Assembly: GCF_004010195.1 (NCBI RefSeq)
Contig: NC_057718.1
Span: forward strand, 22,972,297-23,036,296
Length of the DNA stretch: 64,000 nt
Direction: 5' to 3'
Source of the DNA: Chiloscyllium plagiosum
Taxonomy: Eukaryota
In this document: positions 48,405 to 61,059 of the stretch, in pieces
Position numbering within the stretch: the first letter of the stretch is position 1
Layout: every line of letters starts with the position of its first letter
Notes under the pieces: generated by a model
What the model was told of the DNA's origin: nothing
What the model saw: only the letters and a program-made list of their open reading frames with translations
The model's database searches: none
Position numbers and translations under genes: made by a program

Positions 48405-50100
48405 GACAATTAGTCCCACACAGCTACAACACTGGCATTGACCTGGCAATGTGTAAAATTGCTCAGGTATGTCCCATCCTCAAACAGCAGGACAAATCCA
48501 ACTTGGTCAATTACAGCCCCATCAAACTCAACTTGATCATTAGCATCTTGATGGAAGTGGTGATTGGCAGTGTTATCAAGCAACACTTTCTTAGAAATAA
48601 TCTACTCATTGATGGTTAGTGTGTGTTCTTCCAGCTCCTGACCGCATTACAGCATTGAGTTCAACTTAAGAGGTGAGGTGCGAGTGACTGCAGTTGATAT
48701 CAAGGCGGCATTTGACCAAGTATGACACAAGAAAGTCCAAAAGATAAAACAGAGTCAATGAAAATCAGGGGGAAATCTCTCCACTGGTTCGAATCATATC
48801 TAGTTCAAAAGAAGATGACTGTGGTTTTTGGAGGTCAGCTTCAGGACATGTCTGCAAGCATTGCTTAGCTTGGTGTCCTAGGTCCAAGGACCTTCAGCTG
48901 CTTCATCAATAATCAGCCCTTCACATAAGGTCAGGATTTGGAACATTTGCGCAATCTTCAGCACCATTCACAACTCCTTGGATACTCTCAGGTCGTGTTC
49001 ATATGCAAGAATAACCTGGACAATATCCAGGCTTGGGCTGATAAAGGGCAAGTAATATACATGCCACAAAGTGCCAGGCAGTAACCATCTCCAGTAAAAG
49101 AAAATCTAAGAATGACCCATGATGCTCAGTGACACTCCCATCACAGAACGCGTCACTGTCAACATCCTTAGCGTTATTGTCAGAATTTGAACAGGACCAG
49201 TTAATAAATACTATGGCTACAAAAGCATATCAGATTGGGAACTTCCAATGAGTAACTCCCCTCCTGTCTCCACCTCAAGCATCTACAAGGCTCAAGTTAG
49301 ATATTTGGTCGTATGCTCTCCACTTGCCTGGATTAATGCAGCTCCAATAACACTTAGGAAGTTCCACATTGTTGGACAGATATTCCTCACTGGAGACCAC
49401 CATGTTTTATGAGACTGCAGGCAGCATTGCTCAACATGGGATAGGTTTATTGCCAACATCCTCTTTTTAGGTCAGGATCTACAGGGCCTATTTGGTCTGG
49501 TGTGATAGCAGAAAAACATTTACTGGCTTAATGAGAAGAGATTCTTATCTTAAACAGAATGTAGGTTATTGTATAATAGCAATTAGATACAATTTACTTT
49601 GATACGATAGATACTGAGACAATGACTGCGAGGAGAACCGAAAGGAAACTCGTGAGCCTTCATGATCCCCACAATCCATAAGATATCATCACAGTGGGTA
49701 GTGCTTAATGCACTCCTTAGTATTAACCCTTTCAGACACTTACACTGTTATAAAACAGAAACCATCCAGGTCAAAACAGTTAGCTTGAGTTTCAGTACAT
49801 CTTCCAACCTTCAATATTCACAATCCTGTGATGTACAGTGGCAGCAATGTATAACATTTACAAGATGCACAGCAGCATCTCGCCAAGGTTGCCACCCAGA
49901 CAGCAGCTATGTGGGAATACCATCACTTGCCAGTTTCCCCCCAAGGCACACAATGTTCCTTCACTGTTGCTGTTTCCCTTCCTGACAGCATTGTGGGTTT
50001 ACTTACACCCAAGCATTTGGCTCAAGAAGGCGGCTCAGTACCACTTTCTGAAGGGCAATTAGGGATGGTCAATAACTGCTCACCCAGCCAGTGGATGTAT
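48405..50100 (+). mobile_element. Second CR1/L2-group LINE family, RT through 3'UTR
   Basis: SYNTGIDLAMCKIAQVCPILKQQDKSNLVNYSPI; AVDIKAAFDQV; LGPRTFSCFIN; 3'UTR GGGCAATTAGGGATGG. Confidence 0.85.
49370..49757. mobile_element. About 390 bp insertion with TG...CA ends (candidate solo LTR) in the LINE
   Basis: Host LINE reading TLRK..|..TIQ is split; insert begins TGTTGG and ends AAAACA; no clear TSD. Confidence 0.4.
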
Positions 50101-50199
50101 AAAGAAAAAGCTCCCTTGCAGTTTACATAGCCCTGCAGATATTTCCTTTTCACTATAAATCCAATTTCTCTTTGAAGTTTACCATTTTGTTTGTTTCTA

Positions 50200-50710
50200 G
50201 TAGCCTTACAGATAGTGCTTTCCAAATTGTAACAAGTTGTGTGGCTAAACAAGGAGTTATCTTCTGGATTTTTTTGCTAATCACCATTAATCTTCCCCTT
50301 ATGGTTATTAAAGCTTCTGCCTCTGGGAGCACTTTAGAATTCTGAAGACCACTTTTTGATCTCCCCTTTGCTTAGAGAAGAACAATCCAAGCTTTTCTAG
50401 TCTCCAGATAACACAAGCTCCTCATTCCTGATCACAAGTTAGCAAATCTCTTCTGCACCCTTTCCAAGACCTTGACATCTTCCCTAAAAAACAATGGTAA
50501 TAATTGGACACAATACTTTAGATGTAGTCCACGCACCCAGAATATTATTCATGCTAATGTTCAGTGTTAATAATAAAGAGTCAAGAATTATGGGGTCAAG
50601 GTAGGAAAGTGGAGTTGAGGATGAACAGATCAGCCATGATCTCATTGAATAATGGAGCAGACTCATTGGGCCAAACGTCCTACCTCTCCCCTTATGTCTT
50701 ATGGTCTAAT
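50200..50710. mobile_element. Two old CR1 fragments (about 50200-50490 -, about 50560-50710 +)
   Basis: AAATCTCTTCTGCACCCTTTCCAAGACC (reverse complement of LERVQKRF); AGATCAGCCATGATCTCATTGAATAATGGAGCAGACTC tail. Confidence 0.65.
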
Positions 50711-51824
50711 ATTGGTACTGGACAATGTATGATTGTTCATATTCCTTTGATATACCTGTCTTTGAAATACATTGAAATTCCTTTCACTAAATTTAAAGGG
50801 GAAAGAATAGAATTTGCATACAATACCCCTGAATTACAGACAAAGCCCATGAACTACATCTAATGCCGTGAAATAATGTACAACATCCATGAACAACATA
50901 CAACATTCATGCCATTCATTGCAAAACATTCAGGAATGCCTGTTGTTTTTACCAGCAGGGTAACCGCAGCAATTTCCATTTAGATAACTCTTTAATCTAG
51001 AAAAACTTGCTTTGCTCTATGGTTTTCTCTGCATACCCACACCACTGGCAGGGCTACATTTATTGCTGGTCATTATTGCCTTGAGAAGACTAGTGTGGAC
51101 TTTGTTATCAAACTGATGAGGTTTCTGTTGTGATCATTCTCTTTCATGGGGAGATAGATTTATATGTTAAAGAATCAGACTATTTTTCCAGTTAAAACAT
51201 TCTCCAAAGAGAGCTGGAGGGGATAAACTGAAGTGTCTTCAAAATGTCTCAAAATTCCACAATAAAAAGGTCAGAAGACAGTGGTAGATTTTTTTTTGTG
51301 CTTTGAACTTTTTAACTGTGGAATATCAACTGATTGCAGGTCTTTTCTTTGGTTGATGCAGCAGCTAATGAGTAAACATATCCATGCATTAACTCTAAAC
51401 TTAACCCTTTACTATTTTTGGTCATTTTGTGTCTGTGGTTCTTCACCTTCACTCTTGTTTGTGCTTCCCTCTTCCACCTTGTTGTAGTTACTCATATCTT
51501 CAGAAGATTGATGTGACAGATAGCAAATAATAACACATTGCAAATGCCCAGACATAGGAAAAACAAAATCTAATTTAACTGTTAATAACCATATTGGCTG
51601 AGAAGTTTAAGATGAAGGTTAATTATGCTTACAGATTGCTCTCACCCTCTCACATGCTGTCTCACACACATATGTATATATAATTAAAATAATAATCACT
51701 TGGACTTCTTGCACAATTTAGCTCAATATTGTCTTTTAGAATATACATGTCATAAAATGCTGGATACTATCTTGTACAAGATTTGGATTTTTTTTAACAA
51801 AATTTGGTGGCTGAGATTGTTGTG

Positions 51825-51973
51825 GTAAAAACAATGACTGCAGATGCTGGAAACCAGATTCTGGATCAGTGGTGCTGGAAGAGCACAGCAGTTCAGGCAG
51901 CATCCGAGGACAGGCAAAATCCTGTCCTCGGATGCTGCCTGAATTGCTGTGCTCTTCCAGCACCACTGATCCA
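51825..51973. mobile_element. Palindromic PLE pLTR insertion lacking the hammerhead core
   Basis: 16 bp TSD GGCTGAGATTGTTGTG (51809-51824, 51974-51989); about 52 bp near-perfect inverted arms around CAAAA. Confidence 0.9.
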
Positions 51974-52224
51974 GGCTGAGATTGTTGTGCAGAGTCAAGA
52001 ACCTGTAATTACTGGTATTCTGTTAGGGTTTGCTTTGAACTTGCATCTTACATCCAGCAGTTTTGCTAATAGCATAAGGTTCATGCAGAAGAGCGTATCA
52101 GAAAAAGTTGTTGGGTGGAGATTCAACAAGCAGTTCCATTAAGCTTCCAGCTAAGTTAGCTTTGGTGAAATCACATTCTGTGCATGCATTGACATCTGGC
52201 TATACATTGGTCAGTATGTTCATC

Positions 52225-52520
52225 GAGGCAAGAGTAAGTAATGCAGATGCTGGAGATCAGAGTGGTGCTGGAAAAGTACAGCAGTTCAGGCAGCATCCGA
52301 GGAGCAGGAAAATCGACGTTTTGGGCAAAGGAGTAAGGCTGGGAGCCTCGGTGGTGGAGAGATGAATGGGGTGCGGGATGGGGGGGCATGGGGCTGGTCC
52401 ACTCCCGAGGCTCCCAGCCTCATTCCTGGTGAAGGGCTTTTGCCCAGAACGTTGATTTTCCTTCTCCTCGGATGCTGCCTGGCCTGCTGTGCTTTTCCAT
52501 CACCACTCTAATCTTGACAG
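52225..52520. mobile_element. Palindromic PLE pLTR insertion with a G-rich central spacer
   Basis: Inverted arms including AGGCTGGGAGCCTCGG / CCGAGGCTCCCAGCCT; mutated core CTGGTGAAGGGCTTTTGCCCAGAAC. Confidence 0.8.
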
Positions 52521-52952
52521 TATTTTCACCTGGCATTTTAGTCAAATGATACAAACGCAACCCTGTGTACGTGAGACTGACACAGATTTTAAGCAGATAT
52601 CCCAAAACTTGGAAAATGTTATTAGAATCTTTCTGGTGTACACTTGAAGTACAGGAGGATTTTAATCTTTTTAATCCTTCCTTTCCATTTCCCAAAGTGG
52701 TAAGAAGTTTGACTGTCTCCTTTCATCAACTAACTAATGAACTATGTAGTTCAGTTTCATTCTTTCCTTGAATAACTGAATTCTGACAGAATGCTTCTGG
52801 ATTGCCAGTTTATGTTCAAATGTTTGCTTTTCATCCTTACTGTGCTGAATATAAAAATAAATGCCTGTACATAAAGATCTATATTGCATTATAATGCATT
52901 TCTTATTTTGTTGGCTTCTCCTCTTTTGTTTCTCTCTTTAATTCTGCTTTAG

Positions 52953-53133
52953 AGGTTGATGCTCTTTCTCTTTTTTTCATATTTTCTGCTTTTGAAAGAA
53001 ATAGCTAAGTAGAGCCTGTATGTTGCATTTGCACCAAAAAAGAAATAGACTGATGTCACAACCACCTTTTCGCTGCTTTTGCACCATTTCCAAAGAATGC
53101 AAAATGGCAGAATCAGCTGATGATGCTGTACAG
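52953..53133 (+). other. Candidate exon (5'UTR or lncRNA), possibly ending in a start-codon segment MAESADDAVQ (53104-53133)
   Basis: Long polypyrimidine tract ending TTTAG at 52952; AAAATGG context; consensus donor CAG|GTGAGT; all three frames blocked upstream; no homology known to me. Confidence 0.35.
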
Positions 53134-53317
53134 GTGAGTCTGAACGAAATGCAGAACGTTTTCTTTCCATTGTTTTGGGCTGTACTTGGGTCAGAATAGC
53201 TTTGCTGACTCAAGAATGTTCAGGACTTTTTGAATGTTGTTTATGTGTTATATTTGGCACAGCATGCCTCTTATATTCTTTCTGAGGTAGAGAGTATCTA
53301 TTAGCGTCTATTAATAA

Positions 53318-53667
53318 CAGTGCTTCAATGGTTAGCACTGCTGCCTCACAGTGCCCAGGGACCCAGGTTTGATTCCAGCCTCGGGTGACTGTCTGTGTGG
53401 AGTTTGCACATTCTCCCTGTGTCTGCGTGGGTTTCTTTCGGGTGCTCCAGTTTCCTCCCACGGTCCAAAGACGTGCAGATTAAGTGAATTGACCAGCTAA
53501 ATTGCTTCAGGAATGTGTATTCAGGAATGTGTAGGTTTCGTGCATTAGTCAGGGGGAATCTGGAGTAATATGGTTGGGGAATGGGTCTGAGTGGGATGCT
53601 CTTCGGAGGGTTGGTGTAGACTTGTTGGGCCAAATGCCCTGTTTCCACAGTGAAGGGATTCTATGAT
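53318..53667 (+). mobile_element. HE1-type V-SINE
   Basis: B box GGTTTGATTCC; V domain GTGTGGAGTTTGCACATTCTCCCTGTGTCTGCGTGGG; tail GGGATTCTATGA. Confidence 0.9.
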
Positions 53668-53904
53668 GACTGTTCCTCTGTTAGGGTTGCTGTTCTTTAA
53701 TATAGTTCATAGCCTTCAGTCTTGGTTCTTAGCTGTGTACTTCTGCTCTGAATTTGGACAGCTCACAGATGACGGTTTTGAAAATAATCTTTCACAACTT
53801 ACGATATGACATTTTAGCCATCAGTATCAATTTCCTGCAACTAGCCATGAGAACACACTTGTGGTCATCATCTTCTAGTTGGCAAATGCTGCCACCCAGA
53901 TGTA

Positions 53905-54535
53905 CATAGAACATAGAACATAGAACAGTACAGCACAGAACAGGCCCNNNNNNNNNNNNNNACTCTCTGTGTAAAGAACCTGCCTCTGACATCCCCTCTA
54001 TACTTTCCTCCAATCAGCTTAAAACTATGACCCCTTGTGTTAGTCATTTCTGCCCTGGGAAATAGTCTCTGGCTATTGACTCTATCTATGCCTCTCATTA
54101 TCTTGTATACCTCAATTAGGTCCCCTCTCCTCCTCCTTTTCTCCAATGAACAAAAGACTGAACTCAGTCAACCTCTCTTCATAAGATAAGCCCTCTAGTC
54201 CAGACAGCATCCTGGTAAACCTCCTCTGAACCCTCTCCAAAGCATCCACATCTTTCCTATATTAGGGCGACCAGAACTGGACGCAGTATTCCAAGTGCGG
54301 TCTAACCAAAGTTTTATAGAGCTGCAATAAGATCTCACGACTCTTAAACTCAATCCCCCTGTTAATGAAAGCCAAAACACCATATGCTTTCTTAACAACC
54401 CTGTCCACTTGGGTGGCAATTTTAAGGGATCTATGTACCTGCACACCAAGATCCCTCTGTTCCTCCACACTGCCAAGAATTCTATCCTTAATCCTGTACT
54501 CAGCTTTCAAATTCGACCTTCCAAAATGCATCACC
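53905..54535 (-). mobile_element. Young CR1 3' fragment containing a small gap (53948-53961)
   Basis: RDLGVQVHRSLK...LVRPHLEYCVQFWSP...RGDLIEVYKIMRG; (CATAGAA)n tail. Confidence 0.93.
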
Positions 54536-55102
54536 TTGTGATGTGGTTTTCTGTGTGGGGCAACATAGCATATAGGACAGGGACTCAGGATCTTATTGAC
54601 GCTGATATCTTGAAGTTTATTAACTGCTAACTGTGTACATGAATATGACATACATCTCAGACTTACACACACAATCTGGTTTATATGCCTACTTTATTAC
54701 CAAAGCATTATATTTATAGCTGACTGACTGATTGATGAGCTGGTTCCTTGTCTGTGCAGGGAGGGCAATGGAGATGGGTTAAACTGGAGTGTCACATGTC
54801 GCACGGGTATAAATTCTTTCTGAGATCTGTGCGATAAAATAGCAGAACCTGCAGGGCAAGCATTCCCTGGAGGCCAACATGGTCCAGTGGTCAATTGAAT
54901 TGTGACAGCAGTATGCTCTTGTCTTCTCAACATTTCTTTTTAGGAACAAACAAGTCCATCACCTTTGCTCTGTCTGTGGTGACCCTACCGTTAGCAACTT
55001 TGACTCTGAAATTCTCCCCCCTCCTGTCACTCTACATGCTTCTTTTCCTTCAAGGCCCACTTCAAATTAAATACAAAACTAACATATGAAACCAACGTGT
55101 AA

Positions 55103-55329
55103 TAAAAGCAAATTACTGCGGATGCTGGAATCTGAAACCAAGAAAGAGAAAATGCTGGAAAATCTCAGCAAGTCTGGGGGCATCTGTAAGGAGAGAAAAG
55201 AGCTGACGTTTCGAGTCTAACTGACTCAAAGCTTTGATAAAGGGTCAGTTCGACTCGAAACGTCAGCTCTTTTTTCTCTTTACAGATGCTGCCAGACCTG
55301 CTGAGATTTTCCAACATTTTGTCTTTTTG
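55103..55329. mobile_element. Palindromic PLE pLTR (family D variant)
   Basis: Imperfect TSD GAAACCAACGTGTAA / GAAACCAACATATAA; AGCT-TTGATAA-A-GGGTC-agttc-GACTC-GAAA-CG-TC-AGCT. Confidence 0.85.
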
Positions 55330-56669
55330 GAAACCAACATATAAGTTTCTTCTGCCTTGTATCTATTTTTATTATCTAATATTTCAGTGAATTGATTTGG
55401 AGCATTGCTTTTTTATGCTACACAAATAAATGTGTATTGGTGTTGGCTACATCAATCCAGGTTGGCTACATCAATAGGTAATGGGGCCCGTATCCATGAC
55501 ATTGCTGAGTGAAGGGGTTGTGTTTTTGTGACAGACTCTATGTTTGTTATAATTAGTTGATTGTAAAATCTCTGGTGGAAAATCAATGGCAACAAAACTA
55601 GTTCCGACTCTTTCTCTCCTGTCTGGGTGGAAGGTGCTTAATCTTTTGGATTACTGCTTCGCTCATCCAGGAATTCATTTTGGTCTCTTGCATCAAGTGA
55701 TCATTCACTGACCAAGGTGGGAGGGAGAGTGATTTTGCAGAGGGAGCCTATTATAATCTCTGCCCGATATTCCGTCATTTCAGTTTGCGGGGTTGGGATG
55801 GATTGTCTGGTGGATGTTGTTGTCTGATGTGGATCTTTAGCCATCTCAATGAGAATCTAGTGCAGGAATAGTAGCAGGTTTTCCAGTTGAGGAACCAAAG
55901 CCATTAATATCATTAATTGTAATCCCCTTCAGCAGGAATCAACAATTATTGATCATGGTTTGAAACACTGACCTATCTTTCATTTTCCATCTCCGGTTGG
56001 CAGTACCAAAATAGTGATGGAGAAACTCAGTCAGTCTGGCAGCATCTATGGAAAGAGAGGAAGACAGTCAGCATTTCAAGTGCATAGGCACCATTTCTGG
56101 AACAAAAGAAGGGGTCCAAAGCTAATTTCTCTCTCCACTGGTGCTGTCAGACCAGTCTGTTTGAGACCAGTTAGATTTTGGCTCTTTGTTGACATAACTA
56201 TTTAAATGCGAAAGGTGAGAGTAAGGACTGCAGATGCTGGAGATGGGAGTCAAGAGTGTGGTGGTGGCCCACAAATTTCATATGGGTTTATGATCTGTTG
56301 ACTGCAAGGATTTCAAAACTTTTAAAAGAATGTTGAAGTAAAAAAGATCACTTTCACAACCCTTTTGAGTTGCTGTACAGACCCCTCACCTCAAATATTT
56401 TAGCAGCCAATTTCAGTGGCAAAAATGTTACCTATGAACTTTAAAATGCTGCTGAGAGTTAGAGGTACAGCGGCAATGTCAACTAGAAGGGGTCTGAACT
56501 GACTACAGTTCTTGTGGATCCGCCTTGGTCAGTCCTACAGCCAGTTTGTGGACGCAGAGGTTTTTGACAGACAGCAGATTAGAGAGGCGGCCTTGTGGAC
56601 CTGCCAATACCTGTGACGCTGCATAGGCGAGAGACACCACCACAGTTTCCTTGTCTGTTTATCTTTTAG

Positions 56670-56765
56670 CTGTTTCAGCTTGAGATCAGTGCAGGTGCCT
56701 GAAACGGCTGACAAGGAAGCAAGCTGCTGTTTGCATAGAGCTCGGAAATCTGCACCACACTCCAG
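56670..56765 (+). other. Candidate exon (96 nt)
   Basis: Acceptor TTTCCTTGTCTGTTTATCTTTTAG| and donor CAG|GTCAGT in non-repetitive sequence. Confidence 0.2.
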
Positions 56766-57129
56766 GTCAGTGAATTAGCCAATGCAGTCTCATATATAGA
56801 TATAATGTCAGGTATTGGCTTTGTAATGACTTGTAGGAATGAATACGATGTTTAGAAACTATAAACCCACAGAGTTTCTCCTGCAATCTCCTTTGTGTGG
56901 TATCCAATCACATTTCTGCACTCAGCTGTAAAGCAACATTTCTATTTATTTTGAACAACTTATGCATGACTCTAATTAACATAAATTTCCATATAAAATG
57001 TTGCGAAATGAATGACTCCAATGAAAATCAACCAGCCTTGCCTGGAAGAAACAGTGCAGGGATCCTCTAAGATTATTGACTTGCCAGATGTTCAGGAATG
57101 TTTAACTGAATTGCCCTGATTTTTTTTTT

Positions 57130-57430
57130 AATGAATCCATGGGTTGTGAGCATCTCTGGCAAGGCTGGCGTTTAATGTCTGTCCCTTGCTGCCCTCTCAA
57201 ATGGACATTAAAACGAATGGCTTGCAAGGCAGAGGGCATTTAAAGGTTAACCACATGAGCGTGGGACTGGAGCGACATCTTGGTCTGACCAGGTATCACT
57301 TTTATCCTGAAAGCCATTAGTTGGGTTTCAAAGACAATCAGTACTTTTTCAAACCAAATTCTTGTCCTCTGTCCAAGTCACAGCTAGCATTCAAATTGAT
57401 ATTTTCTGGAGTGCTAGTGTCACTAAGATA
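57130..57430 (-). mobile_element. Old SINE/LINE tail related to the second LINE family's 3' end
   Basis: TGAATCCATGGGTTGTGAGCATCTCTGGCAAGGCTGGCGTTTAATG...GCCCTCTC. Confidence 0.5.
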
Positions 57431-57904
57431 ACCATTGCATTACCATACACTCTAGATCAATTTATTCCAGCAGCAATCGAACGAACAAAGACTTCTCTAT
57501 CGGTGATTTCGCTATATATTTCAGAAATGCAGCTACATTGTAAAATATATTTATAGAGAGCTGGGATGGGAGAGGGGCAGTGGGAGGACCAGGAAACAAG
57601 GTGTCTGGAATTTGCATTCCCTATTTAGAAGCAGATCAAACTGGTTGGTCAGAAAATCCAGCAGCGAGATTGTGGATACAGGTTGGGGTTGATGGTCTGT
57701 GGGAGAGATCAGAAATTGGAGCAGGTACAAGAGATAGACTGTTCCTTCAGTGGCTGGGGATGGGAACTGAGCTCCTGCTCCTTCTGAGCTATAAAGAGTG
57801 CAGTAAAATACACTTACTTATAGTTCAATGTATAGAATATATATGCTAGTGACATAATGATGGTGTAGCACAGGCACCCACATTTATATACTACAGAGAC
57901 ACTG

Positions 57905-58001
57905 CGAAGGAGGAGGATAAAGGGCTTGTGCCCGAAACATTGACTCTCCTGCTCCTCGGATGCTGCCTGAGCTGCTGTGCTTTTCCAGCACCACACTCTC
58001 G
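57905..58001 (+). mobile_element. Short PLE pLTR insertion
   Basis: 12 bp TSD ACAGAGACACTG (57893-57904, 58002-58013); GGGCTTGTGCCCGAAAC stem II plus GAAA. Confidence 0.85.
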
Positions 58002-58049
58002 ACAGAGACACTGAGAAGACAGGGCAGGAAGAACATGTACTTCAGAGTG

Positions 58050-58700
58050 TAATGCATAAAAATGTGTGAAGAACAGAGTTTGTTGGAATTCCTGAATGCC
58101 ACTCGAAATAAGACAGAGACTTTGATGCAGTGCACTAAGAGGGGAAGCAGTTCAGTTGAAGCGATCAGATACTCTGTGCTGTTCCCTAAGGTCACAAACC
58201 TCTTTATAGCCTGGCCTAAGAGACTGGATCAACAGAGAATTTGCAGGATAGATCAAGGTAAAAGTTGCTGTAGTGCAGGCAACTCAGGCATTGATACCAG
58301 CAAACCTATTCCTGGGACGACAGAATTGATATATGAAAAGAGACTGGATTAGTTAGGATTATATCCACTGGAGTCATAAAATTCTAACAGAACTAACCAG
58401 GGTAAATGCAGAAAGGATGTTTGCAATGACTCGGAAGTCCAGAACCAGAAGTCACTGTCTCAGGATATCAGGCAGACCATTTAGGATTGAGATGAGGAGA
58501 CATTTTGTCATTCAGGGACTGGTGAGCCTGTGGGATTCTCCACCATAGAGGATAGCTGAGGCCAAAACAGTGGATGTTTCAAGAAGGAGTTAAACATAGA
58601 TCTTAGTGCTATATGGATTAGTCATGATCCTCTTGAATACAGGAGCCGGCTTGAAGGGGCAAATGGCCTACTCCAGCTTCAATTTCTATGTTTCTGTGTT
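58050..58700 (+). mobile_element. Old CR1 fragments
   Basis: SRTRSHCLRISGRPFRIEMRRHF; tail GAAGGGGCAAATGGCCTACTCC. Confidence 0.65.
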
Positions 58701-59013
58701 TTTGTTACCTCCAGGAGACTGAAGCGCCCTCCTCTCTTTTACTGGTATGCTTCTTCACATGTAAATTGGGCTCCCAACTGTACTGCAAGAGTCCTTAAGT
58801 ATGATGCCTGTCCAAAATCACATGACAGGAAATTCACTGAATAGAAGTGGTGGCAGGATTGACCATGTTGGGCCCTGTTAGCGTTTTGATTTAAACCTGA
58901 TCTCCAACACGTTTGGGTTGGGGGCAGGGGTGGGGTGTCACGTGAAGTGGGTTAACATTGAGATAAAATGCACACAGATTTAAAGTGATGGACACAAGAA
59001 ATAGTGGAGAAAC

Positions 59014-59194
59014 ATTGGAGAGAAAACAGAGTTAACGTTTCGGTTCGTTTCTCAGTTTCGAGGAAGGGTCACTGGACTGGAAATGTTAGCTCTGATTTCT
59101 CTCCGGAGATGCTGCCAGTCCTGCTAAGCTTTTCCAGCAATTTCTGTTCCTGTTTCTGATTTATGGCATCTGCAGTTCTTTCAGTTTCTTTATC
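59014..59194 (+). mobile_element. PLE pLTR (family D) with a short inverted 5' arm, inserted in a CR1 tail
   Basis: 10 bp TSD GTGGAGAAAC (59004-59013, 59195-59204); GAGGAAGGGTCACTGGACTGGAAATGTT. Confidence 0.8.
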
Positions 59195-59699
59195 GTGGAG
59201 AAACCTTTTCAGCTGTGACAGGTTAGGACCTGGAATGCATTTGCCTTAGAGTGTCCTAGCACAGATATGATGGGCCAAATGTGCTGTAGTCAATCCATGA
59301 TTTTATGATAAATCTTGGCCACTGCCTTTAAACAACACTCCATCACATTAGAATTCAAACAGAGAAAAGGACAATTAAAAATTATCACGAAGCAGCAATT
59401 TTATTGTGAAAATTAGATCAGAATCTTCTGAATTTCAAAATTCCATTTTCTAATATTTCATATAAAATACACATACTGTTAAACTCTTCAGAGGGATGTT
59501 AGTCATTTCAGAATTTATTTTTGCTGATAGCGGTTGGAGATTGATAATGAAAGAATCATGCAAAACTTGTGGACCCGAGTGCTGTGAGATCTATTAAAAA
59601 TTAATACGCAGATAAATCAGTTGTTCAGACAGAGCTGTCATTTTCTTTTTTTCAGTATGCACCACTCACTGGGGTATGTCCCAGGAGCTGAGTTAGCCA

Positions 59700-60780
59700 A
59701 TCATCTCTCCTCCAGCCTGTTTTGGGATAGGGCATGGTTAATCACTACCTCAACTCCATTTAATTCGGCTTTTTACCATCTCTTATCCATCAATAATCTA
59801 TCAAACCCCATCTTGAAAGTTTTAATTGATCCAGCATCCACAGGGAGAAAGTTTTGGATTACTTTTAACCTGAAACTCCTGATAATTTCACTCCTGAAAA
59901 CTTTAGTTGCAACATTATGATAATATCTCCTGTTTGCCATTGTCCCCAACAAACAGAATAATGTCCTAATTTCTCCCCTGCTGAATCTCTCGATAGTTTT
60001 AAAGATCATTATAAAATCTTCTCACATCCATCCCAATCATCTGGGGAAAACCAGGCAGTGCAGGTTTCTGTCCTATTTTAACCATTTGAGCTCCAATTCC
60101 AGTTAATCTGCTCTCTACTCCTGACAAGACTCCTCTTTCTTGAGGTTTTGTGGAAAAGGCTGAACACCGTATCACAGGACACCAGTAGTGTTCAATAGGC
60201 ATCACTTTCTCAGTTTGTATTCAAGGACTATTAAGGTAAAAGCCAACAATCCATATACAGGACATAGATGATAGAGGTATACAGCAAAGAAACAGACCCT
60301 TCATTCCAATTTGTCCCTGCTGACTAAATATCCTCAATTAATCTAGTCCCATTTGGCAGCATTTGTCTCATATCCCACGAAACCCTTCTTATTCATATAT
60401 CCGTCCAGATGCCTTTTAAATGCTGTAATTGTACCAGCCTCCACCACTTCCTCTGGCAATTCATTCCATAAGGCACCACCCTCTGGTGGAAAAAGTTGCC
60501 CCTTAGGTCCCTTTTAAATCTTTCCTCTCTCCCCTTAAACCCTATGCCCTCTAGTTTTGTCCTCTGCTACCTGGGGAAAAGACCATGACAATTCACGATA
60601 TCCATGTCCCTCATAATTTGATAAAATTCACAAAGGCCATCCCTCAGCCTCTGACACTCCAGGGAAAAATGCCCCACTCTATTCAGCCTCTCCCTGTAGC
60701 TCAAACCTTCCAACCCTGGCAACATCCTTGCAATTCTTTTCTGAACCCTTTCAATTTTAACAACATCCTTCCTATAGCAA
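59700..60780 (-). mobile_element. Old CR1 fragment (59700-60260) followed by a younger HER1-like 3' fragment (60262-60780)
   Basis: DAGSIKTFKMGFDRLL; reverse complement of VKIERVQKRI, RFKRDLRGNFF; CR1 tail. Confidence 0.8.
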
Positions 60781-61059
60781 CTCTGATTTCGTTTTCTACC
60801 TGAGCAGAACTGTTTATAGAAGTGTTTTCACATGGGACTTCTAAATCCCATTGCTCTTTCTAAGAATTATTTATGTATTTCACACCTCCCCTATTGGGTA
60901 TTAGTGTACAGATGGTAGACTTGAGTCTACTTTGATAGAAGCAAATAAGTCCACCCTCAATTGTAAAGGCCTTTTATTTTAACTGTGCACACACAGATTA
61001 AAAATAATCATAATTTGGGTTTTCAAGTAACAGATGTCCAAACCAATAACCATTTGGAG

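Noticed and set aside
54700..54960. TATA-like GGGTATAAAT promoter in unique sequence
   Set aside because: A single short motif without a CpG island or any other support
16721..58011. Recurrent small ORFs such as MCCWKSTAGQAASKEQENR
   Set aside because: Chance translations of the non-coding PLE pLTR on either strand, not a peptide family
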